NCBI GenBank assembly: GCA_964466705.1 | Contig: CAYXSM010000011.1 | Span: 48,193-112,192, forward strand | Length of the DNA stretch: 64,000 bases | Direction of reading: 5' to 3' | Source: an uncultured Rikenellaceae bacterium | GTDB lineage: Bacteria > Bacteroidota > Bacteroidia > Bacteroidales > VadinHA17 | Part shown: positions 47,011 through 54,121 of the stretch, piece by piece | How the letters are laid out: every line of letters begins with the position of its first letter | How positions within the stretch are numbered: the stretch's first letter is position 1 | The notes under the pieces: generated by a model | Told to the model about the DNA's origin: nothing | Databases searched by the model: none | Seen by the model: only the letters and a program-made list of their open reading frames with translations | Translations under genes and position numbers: made by a program

Positions 47011-48291
47011 TTACTTTTCCATTTTGAGCAGCTTATTCATGGCAGTCATAAGAATATTCTCGCAGGATGGCTGCAATCTGGACACGCTGACCTCATATCC
47101 TCCTGTCTTAAAAGCTTCAGCTGTAGGAATATAACCAAAACTGTAATCACCGTAAGCTGCCATGGTCACAAAAAGATCAGGCCTCATGGATTTAGCGGCG
47201 AGTTGATATTCTACAAACAGCTCTCCCGGCATAAAAAGGGCACGTGCACTATTTACTGCAAGGCATCCGATATCTACGGAATCAGAAATTCTGAATCTTT
47301 TCAGAAACTCGGAGTCCAAAGCTGCGTCTCTGGCCGAATCAACCGGAAGAGTAACTGTTTCTGTGAACCACTTAACGGAATATTTTGTCACAGGTTCTTT
47401 GCGGCTGTCTTCATAGGCTTTTTTCATTCCTGAGGCCAGACGTTCAGCAAGTATCAGACGGTTTTCGTGGGAGCCGTCGTTATATTTTCCTGCACCTATG
47501 TTGCCACCGGCGCCATTGAAGTGAACATGAAGAGCATCAGGAACTGCAAGCTGCCGCATAAAGCGCGCAACACCGGGGAAATCCGGATTTGCAATGCCCA
47601 GACGGTAGTAGCTCTGCGGATGGGTTGCATAGAAACTCAGCACTGCAAGAGGTTTTTCTTCGTTCCAGAAAGATATCACTGAGACCATGGGATCGATAAG
47701 TCCTTCAGGCTCAGCCCTGAGATCCGGATCAGCTGTGGCAGTGTAACGCGTAGCCCTGACCATGCCGTCAGGCCCAAATATACGCCTGTTGGAAGCAACC
47801 TTTTCCACCTCTGACGATCCTAATCCTATGTGGGTGACTTTCAGTGGCTTCTCCAGAGATTTTACTATCTCCATCTCAATCCGGTGCAGGACAGCCAGGA
47901 TAAAATCGGTTTTCATATCCCCGACAGGAGCATCATGCTGATGTATGGTATGCACTGCAACTCTCTCAGGAATTGTGCCTGCTGCCAGGGCAACAGCGCG
48001 TTTGAATTCCCTGTGGGTTTCGTTGCCTATTCCTATCCAGTCAATGGAAAGAAGGACTATGGGTTTGTCATTCCCTGTGATTACAATTCCTTTCGCTCTC
48101 AATCCCAGATCCCATTTGTTCCTGCATTCATCATAAGCCAACTGGTATCCAATGGGGGGAGTTGCGTCAACATCGAAAGTAGCTATCATCAGGCTGTCGC
48201 CTTGCCCGGCCGGCACTGGGTAATTATCGGCTGATGCAGCACCAGCAGTAAGATTTATAAAAAATATCAGACAGAAAATGAGGTGTTTCAT
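47011..48291 (-). CDS. Exported neutral/alkaline-ceramidase-N-terminal-domain-like hydrolase (divergent)
   Basis: Signal peptide. HTIHQHDAP, FYATHPQ and GGYEVS motifs are colinear with the 51210-52595 paralogue. Confidence 0.5.
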   Translation of the reverse strand: MKHLIFCLIFFINLTAGAASADNYPVPAGQGDSLMIATFDVDATPPIGYQLAYDECRNKWDLGLRAKGIVITGNDKPIVLLSIDWIGIGNETHREFKRAVALAAGTIPERVAVHTIHQHDAPVGDMKTDFILAVLHRIEMEIVKSLEKPLKVTHIGLGSSEVEKVASNRRIFGPDGMVRATRYTATADPDLRAEPEGLIDPMVSVISFWNEEKPLAVLSFYATHPQSYYRLGIANPDFPGVARFMRQLAVPDALHVHFNGAGGNIGAGKYNDGSHENRLILAERLASGMKKAYEDSRKEPVTKYSVKWFTETVTLPVDSARDAALDSEFLKRFRISDSVDIGCLAVNSARALFMPGELFVEYQLAAKSMRPDLFVTMAAYGDYSFGYIPTAEAFKTGGYEVSVSRLQPSCENILMTAMNKLLKMEK

Positions 48292-48303
48292 ATGATAAAT
48301 GTT

Positions 48304-49593
48304 TTATAGTGAATTTAGTTTGTCCCTGTTTTCATAAACCTTTACAATGGCGTCGAATATTTTGTCAAGATAGCTCCTGTCTGCGGCGGCCGGAACATCA
48401 AGTGACAGAACTTCTTCATCACAAACGGCATCACATACCGGACAACCAATTTCATCCCTGTACTTTCCAAGCCTTGCTTCAGAAAACATGTTGCGGTAAA
48501 CTTTAAGTTCAAGCAGGTGATTTTGAATCAGTTCCGACTTATGGAATCCGTATTGAATATAACCACTTGCTTTCACGCCTTCAGCAATTAGGGCTTTAAT
48601 CAGTTTGTCGCGGCTTGCGCCGTTAAAATGTTCTTTTCTGTATGAACACAGGAACAACCACCACGATGACGTTCCTGTTCCTTCATAGAGTTTCTGGGGA
48701 ATAATCCCCGGGAAACCCCTCAGCCTGCTTCTCATGTACCAGGAGTTCTCATTCCTTCTGTCATGTCTTCCGCGTATACCGTCAAGCTGGGGAAGCAATA
48801 TTGCTCCTTCAAATTCATTCATTCTGTATTTAGGTCCTATTACAGCATGTTGTCCGGTACGTGTTGTTCCATGGTTCTGAACCGTAAAGCATTTCTCCAT
48901 AAGCTCCATGTCATTTCCGACAATTGCACCTCCTTCTCCGCAGGCAATGTTTTTACTGGCCTGAAAACTGAAGCAGCCAAGTTTTCCGATCGTGCCGAGT
49001 TTCTTTCCCTGGAACTCAGTCAGGTGAGCCTGGCAGGCATCTTCAATAACTACAAGGTTGTGCTTTTCTGCAATAGCCATAATACGCTCCATATCTGCTG
49101 GTTGCCCTCCGATATGCACGGGAATTATGGCTTTTGTGTTTTCTGTGATCCTTTTCTCGACCTCATCCGGGTCAAGCTGGAATGAGTCCCTGTCAAGGTC
49201 GGCAAAGACAGGAAGCGCCCTGCTGAAAGTTATTGCTGAAACAGTTCCAATGTCGGTGTAGGGTGAGGTAATCACCTCATCCCCGGCTCCGATTCCGAGA
49301 GCTTCCACGCAGGTGTTGAGCGCCTGGGTTCCTGCACCGGTGGCAACACAATATTTTGTCCCTATAAGTCTGGCATATTCCTTCTCAAATGTGGCTACTG
49401 TACCTGTTGCGGATTGTATCCTGCACCAGATTCCGCTTGCGGCAGTCCGGGCTATTGATTCTACCATTTTTTCATCAACATAAGGAGGAGGAGGAACCGG
49501 GCTTGTAAAAGGATTTATCACCGGCGTGCCTCCGAGAGCGGCCAACTCACTGGCAGCTTTACCCGAATTGATAATTATATTGTTCATTTTCAT
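48304..49593 (-). CDS. DegT/DnrJ/EryC1/StrS-family PLP aminotransferase without signal peptide
   Basis: PLP-lysine motif CFSFQASKNIACGEGG and GAGTQAL. The start is set at the MKMNN Met (49593), since the track's 49734 start would overlap the upstream gene by 124 nt. Aligns with the paralogue from ALGGTP onward. Confidence 0.85.
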   Translation of the reverse strand: MKMNNIIINSGKAASELAALGGTPVINPFTSPVPPPPYVDEKMVESIARTAASGIWCRIQSATGTVATFEKEYARLIGTKYCVATGAGTQALNTCVEALGIGAGDEVITSPYTDIGTVSAITFSRALPVFADLDRDSFQLDPDEVEKRITENTKAIIPVHIGGQPADMERIMAIAEKHNLVVIEDACQAHLTEFQGKKLGTIGKLGCFSFQASKNIACGEGGAIVGNDMELMEKCFTVQNHGTTRTGQHAVIGPKYRMNEFEGAILLPQLDGIRGRHDRRNENSWYMRSRLRGFPGIIPQKLYEGTGTSSWWLFLCSYRKEHFNGASRDKLIKALIAEGVKASGYIQYGFHKSELIQNHLLELKVYRNMFSEARLGKYRDEIGCPVCDAVCDEEVLSLDVPAAADRSYLDKIFDAIVKVYENRDKLNSL

Positions 49594-49610
49594 CTTTTCC
49601 CGTTTTAATT

Positions 49611-50951
49611 TTAAAGAGAATTTAGCTTGTCCCTGTTTTCGTAAACCTTCATCACCGCATTTATTATCTCGTCCATAACGCTCTGACTGGCTAGTAAAGG
49701 ACCTGATGCCCATATCATAGCCATCTCGTTGCACACCTGTTCACAGTTGGGAAGATAAAGCTCATCACGATATCTTTTGAGCCTTTCCGGAGCGAAGAAT
49801 TTTTTATATACATCAAGGTTAAGTATATAATCAGTCCAGGGTTCCTTGTTAAGGCCCCGGGGTATATAAGCTGAAAGTTCAACCCCTTCAGCGGCCATCG
49901 CCTTAAGGAATTTGCTTCTGTCGGCATTGTTGAAATGTTCCTTTTTGTAAGCCATTGAATATAGATAGAATGAACCTTCGGTGGTGCCAGGGTATAATTT
50001 CTGAGGTACAAGTCCGGGGAAGTTTTTAAGCCGGGAGGTTAGATATGCTGCATTACGGTTTCTGATTTCATGCCTTTCCCTGAATCCTTCAAGCTGACTT
50101 CTCAGAACAGCAGCTTCAAATTCGTTCATTCTGTACTTGGTGCCAACGACTTTGTGCCCTCCGTTCATCATTACAGTGAATACCTTTTCCATGAGAGCTT
50201 CATCGTTGCCAATCACAGCCCCGCCTTCACCGCATGCAAGGGTTTTTGTGGTCTGAAAGCTGAAACATCCGACATCACCAATTGATCCGAGGATTTTTCC
50301 CTGATATACAGCCAGATGAGCCTGACAGGAGTCTTCTATCACCCTTAGATTATGCTTTCTGGCCAGTGTCATGATCCTTGACAGATGACAAGGCTGGCCC
50401 ATCATGTGCACAGGCATCAATGCTCTGGTATTTGCATTGATCTTTCTTTCGACGTCCCTCGGATCAAGCTGAAATGATTCCGGATCAAGATCGGCCATTA
50501 CCGGCAATGCCCGTGATGTAAGTATTGAAGAGATGGTCCCCATATCTGTGTATGGTGATGTTATAACTTCATCTCCCGCGCCTATTCCCATTGCCTCAAT
50601 GCAGCAGCTCAGCGCCTGCGTTCCTGTGCCGGTAGTTACGCAGCGTTTAGTGCCGGTAATGGCTGCGTATTCTTTTTCAAAGGACTGTACGTTGCCCGTT
50701 TCGGATTGTATCCTTGACCAGATACCACTCCGGGCTGTCTTTTTTATTGCCTCTACCATTTTTTGGTCAACGTACGGCCATTCGGGCCATTTTCCGGCAC
50801 TAACGGCCGGAGTACCGCCAAGGATAGCCAGCTTTGAAGCATTACTGCCTGTTTTTCCCAGCACCGGAAGAGCCCCGGTAGCAACGACTCCAATAGAACC
50901 AGCAGACACTGTGTTTATGAAGCGTCTTCTGGAAAGTTTTCGGTTTGCCAT
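49611..50951 (-). CDS. DegT/DnrJ/EryC1/StrS-family PLP aminotransferase with twin-arginine signal peptide
   Basis: MANRKLSRRRFINTVSAGSIGVVATGALPVLG. PLP-lysine motif CFSFQTTKTLACGEGG. The C-terminus KVYENRDKLNSL is shared with the downstream paralogue. Confidence 0.85.
   Translation of the reverse strand: MANRKLSRRRFINTVSAGSIGVVATGALPVLGKTGSNASKLAILGGTPAVSAGKWPEWPYVDQKMVEAIKKTARSGIWSRIQSETGNVQSFEKEYAAITGTKRCVTTGTGTQALSCCIEAMGIGAGDEVITSPYTDMGTISSILTSRALPVMADLDPESFQLDPRDVERKINANTRALMPVHMMGQPCHLSRIMTLARKHNLRVIEDSCQAHLAVYQGKILGSIGDVGCFSFQTTKTLACGEGGAVIGNDEALMEKVFTVMMNGGHKVVGTKYRMNEFEAAVLRSQLEGFRERHEIRNRNAAYLTSRLKNFPGLVPQKLYPGTTEGSFYLYSMAYKKEHFNNADRSKFLKAMAAEGVELSAYIPRGLNKEPWTDYILNLDVYKKFFAPERLKRYRDELYLPNCEQVCNEMAMIWASGPLLASQSVMDEIINAVMKVYENRDKLNSL
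50913..50933 (-). other. Twin-arginine motif (SRRRFIN) of DegT paralogue 1
   Basis: Codons verified: TCC AGA AGA CGC TTC ATA AAC. Matches the S/T-R-R-x-F-L-K consensus and is followed by an h-region. Confidence 0.65.
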
Positions 50952-51178
50952 TATAATAAAGTTTGGTTATTCTGATTTCAATTCGACTATTGTTAAACTC
51001 TGCCGGACAGTTCAAATCATTACCTTTTGACCAATCTGCCTGCCCCTTCATATTACTGTGCCTTCAGCTATACTGCGGTTCCCTGAGTCATTAATTCTTT
51101 CAGTACCTCAGTCTCGCAGTTTCTCAGCTTATCAGTCTCCAGATCATTATCTACATAACAGGTCATAAAAACACACTA

Positions 51179-51201
51179 CCCGGAGCCGTGAAGGAGTCCG
51201 G
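51179..51201 (-). terminator. Weak candidate intrinsic terminator after the 51210-52595 gene
   Basis: The minus strand reads CCGGACTCCTTCACGGCTCCGG (5-bp outer stem plus 2 inner pairs), then TTTTT 8 nt later. It precedes a 258-nt gap. Confidence 0.3.
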
Positions 51202-51209
51202 TATTTTGA

Positions 51210-52595
51210 TCACTTAAGCACCTGAATTCCTGCTTTTTCAGCAAGCCTTATCATTTCATTTATTATTGCCGATTGAATATTCATGTTCCAGGGAGTTGTA
51301 AAAAAGGGTGAACGCGTTCCTTCATAGCCTCCTTCCTTGAGGATGGTCTCAGAAGGGATGTAGGCCATAATATCATTTGAGTAACCCATGACAAAAATAT
51401 CCTGTCCGAATATCTTCTTCAGTTCAATGGCATATTCTATGACAAGTTCTCCGCCAAGAGCTATAATAGCCTGATTACCAACACTCCACACCTGGCATGG
51501 AAACGGGTAAACGGTATCAAATACTTCACCACGATCAAGGCGCTGTAACAGTGTTTTTGCAGTTAGCTTCAGGTAATCAGGAGTATCGGATGTATCGCTT
51601 ATATGTTGCAGCAGATCCGTTTTGGAAGGGGGAGGGTTGGCGAATTGAAGGTTTATTTCGGAGTATCCGGTTGACAGTGATGGTTCGAGCCTCTGCATCT
51701 CCTCATTGAGAACTCTGTCAACAGCTGCGGCAAGTGTTCTTCCGTATTGTTGGGCGAGGGGTACGCTCCTGCGGGGCAGGGGATTCTGATCGGCCCCGGC
51801 TCCCTGGAAGAACATCGCTGTTGTTCCAGGGTACAGCTTTTCAATCTCTTTCTGGGCAAAGCCGGGATAGTCTCCAGAGAACAGATAAAAATTGAGCACT
51901 GTTGGATGGCATGCATATCCAAAAACGATGGCCAGCAATTTTCCTGATCTGTCTGTGATTTTAAGCACAGGCACGGCATAATCATTAGGGCCTTTCAGAT
52001 CGTTGATCTGAGTACTCAGAGCTTCAGGATTATTTCTTCTGTTGACCTGAAAACGGGCAATGCCATTTCCTGAATATATATCTGCTGGTTCCATGCGATT
52101 CAGGGCGGTTCCGACAAGATCGACAATCAGGTTCTCAATTTTGTCAGTATAGGCAGTGATTTTGGTAAGTTGTTCTTCATCAAGCGGGTACCAGTTTGAA
52201 AGAGCATCATAAAGGACAGGTCCTGTATGTGTGTGAGAACAGTTCAGGATCACCTGGGCTCTGGTAAGACCATATTTTTTCTCCAGACGGTCACGGATCC
52301 GGTCCGAACTGATTTTTGGGATCTCAAGGAGGTCATTTGTAATTAGTACAGCCTTGTTTCCGTCTGCGTCTTCAAGAACCAGCACTTTTGTCCATAAATC
52401 GTGTAAAATACCTTCTGAGACATGGTCTCTCGATGCATATCCTGCCATCCACAGGGATTCCTCAGGGGTAATTACCATACTGGCGATGCCTGCCTTCCAT
52501 CCCGGTTTGTTTTCATCAGCACCATCAACGGGAAACAAATTAATACATGACAATAACAAACAGGTCAGCAGAACTGTTTTTTTGAGAAATTTCAT
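51210..52595 (-). CDS. Exported neutral/alkaline-ceramidase-N-terminal-domain-like hydrolase
   Basis: Signal peptide. GWKAGIASMVITPEESLWMAGY, NCSHTHTGP and GYACHPT motifs are typical of proteins annotated as the ceramidase N-terminal domain. At 461 aa it lacks the C-terminal tail domain. Confidence 0.6.
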   Translation of the reverse strand: MKFLKKTVLLTCLLLSCINLFPVDGADENKPGWKAGIASMVITPEESLWMAGYASRDHVSEGILHDLWTKVLVLEDADGNKAVLITNDLLEIPKISSDRIRDRLEKKYGLTRAQVILNCSHTHTGPVLYDALSNWYPLDEEQLTKITAYTDKIENLIVDLVGTALNRMEPADIYSGNGIARFQVNRRNNPEALSTQINDLKGPNDYAVPVLKITDRSGKLLAIVFGYACHPTVLNFYLFSGDYPGFAQKEIEKLYPGTTAMFFQGAGADQNPLPRRSVPLAQQYGRTLAAAVDRVLNEEMQRLEPSLSTGYSEINLQFANPPPSKTDLLQHISDTSDTPDYLKLTAKTLLQRLDRGEVFDTVYPFPCQVWSVGNQAIIALGGELVIEYAIELKKIFGQDIFVMGYSNDIMAYIPSETILKEGGYEGTRSPFFTTPWNMNIQSAIINEMIRLAEKAGIQVLK

Positions 52596-52810
52596 ATGGA
52601 TTCAGCTTTAAATGTTTCTTGTAAAGCCCTGATTATATTACTTATAGCTTCAGATTGCATTTACAGGTCGTTGGATTTATTATTACTAGTGAATTTATTC
52701 ATTTTATTTATCAGGAGCAAATGTTATTAAGTCTGCAGGTTTTCAGTTATCCAAATTCTGCGAAAAGAGATGAAATTGTATAATTTTACAGCTCAGAATG
52801 AAATATCAAA

Positions 52811-53434
52811 ATGACTAAAAAGGCAGATCCGGTTTTTTCGGTAGCGGTTCTGGAATTCACTGCTGCGGCAAATGAGTTTTGCAAATATTCCGAACGTGCT
52901 TCCGAACTGAAGGGCAATGAATTTCTGGGAATACTTCAGCGCCTCTTGCCTTACCTGTACATGAAGGCTTCTCTGCTTCCTGCCCTCGAACCCTTTTTCG
53001 AAGAAGGGAATACAAAGACGGTAACAGAATCGGACTGGAATGTTGTACATGACCGGCTGAAGTCAAAATTTGGAGCTGCAAATGAATTTTATGAAGTTTT
53101 TGATGACAAAATAAGGGAATCTGACGGACCGGTTGTTGCAAGCCTTGCAGAGAATATGGCTGACATTTACCAGGATCTTAAGAATTTCCTTATACTTTAC
53201 CGTACCGGGACGAATGAGATTATGAATGATGCAATTTGGGAATGCCGGATGAATTTTGAAAATTACTGGGGGCAAAAACTTGTTAATTCGCTCAGGGCTA
53301 TCCATAAATTCATATATTCGGGAGAAGAAACGGAGCAGGAAGGAACTGGCGTGGATGAAGCGCGGGAGAAAGACACTTCTGAATGGTTTATCTCACGCAG
53401 GCAAAAAGAATTCAGGCAGGATGATCAACAATAA
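52811..53434 (+). CDS. DUF5063-like protein
   Basis: 207 aa, helical and acidic. Sits directly upstream of a 3'-5' exonuclease gene and overlaps it, an arrangement I recognise from Bacteroides genomes. Confidence 0.55.
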   Translation: MTKKADPVFSVAVLEFTAAANEFCKYSERASELKGNEFLGILQRLLPYLYMKASLLPALEPFFEEGNTKTVTESDWNVVHDRLKSKFGAANEFYEVFDDKIRESDGPVVASLAENMADIYQDLKNFLILYRTGTNEIMNDAIWECRMNFENYWGQKLVNSLRAIHKFIYSGEETEQEGTGVDEAREKDTSEWFISRRQKEFRQDDQQ

Positions 53435-54005
53435 AAAATATCTTTCGACATTAGATTCAACTGATCTTGCCGGGTACAGGGTTTCATCCTTCAGAGGGGA
53501 GATTGTTCTCGTAGAAGATATGGAAACCTACGAAAAACACTTCCCCCGTCTTTCAGGACATAGCGTGCTGGGTTTTGATACCGAAACCAAACCTTCATTC
53601 AGAAAAGGACGTAAAAACAAGGTTTCCCTCATCCAGCTGGCAAGCAAAGATCTGGCATGTTTATTCAGGATAAATAGAATAGGAATACCTGAAGAACTGG
53701 CCGGACTGCTGTCCGATCCGTCCGTAATCAAGGCTGGAGTAGCAATACATGATGACATCCGTTTTTTGACAAGAGTGAAGAAGTTTAATCCATCCGGATT
53801 CGTTGATCTGCAGAAATTTGTAAAGGATTATGGAATAGTGAGTTCCGGGCTAAAAAAACTCTCTGCCATAGTTCTTGGCTTCAGGATCTCAAAAAATCAG
53901 CAGACTACTGACTGGGAAGCTGATACCCTGACCGAGGCTCAGCAGTTATATGCAGCAACTGATGCATGGGTGTGCTATGAGATTTACAAAAAACTGACCG
54001 GATAA
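53421..54005 (+). CDS. 3'-5' exonuclease (DEDDy, RNase D / WRN-exo-like)
   Basis: ExoI motif GFDTETKP and ExoIII motif YAATDAWVCYEIY. The ATG at 53421 is preferred over the track start 53256, which lies inside DUF5063. Confidence 0.8.
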   Translation: MINNKKYLSTLDSTDLAGYRVSSFRGEIVLVEDMETYEKHFPRLSGHSVLGFDTETKPSFRKGRKNKVSLIQLASKDLACLFRINRIGIPEELAGLLSDPSVIKAGVAIHDDIRFLTRVKKFNPSGFVDLQKFVKDYGIVSSGLKKLSAIVLGFRISKNQQTTDWEADTLTEAQQLYAATDAWVCYEIYKKLTG

Positions 54006-54121
54006 TCTTTTTTCATCAGAGTTCCTTTCATGTCAGGAGATCCACAAAAATCAGCCATCAGGATAAACCTCAGTGCAAGAGGACTTGTGTTAAACGGATT
54101 TTATAATAAGTTGCAATAAAT

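Noticed and set aside
49594-49734. Longer 476-aa form of the second DegT ORF (track start 49734)
   Set aside because: The extension overlaps the 3' end of the upstream DegT gene by 124 nt. It encodes a non-homologous basic peptide with no signal-like features. The paralogue alignment begins right after the Met at 49593.
53256-53420. Longer form of the exonuclease ORF (track start 53256)
   Set aside because: It lies wholly inside the DUF5063-like gene in another frame. The exonuclease homology starts after the Met at 53421.
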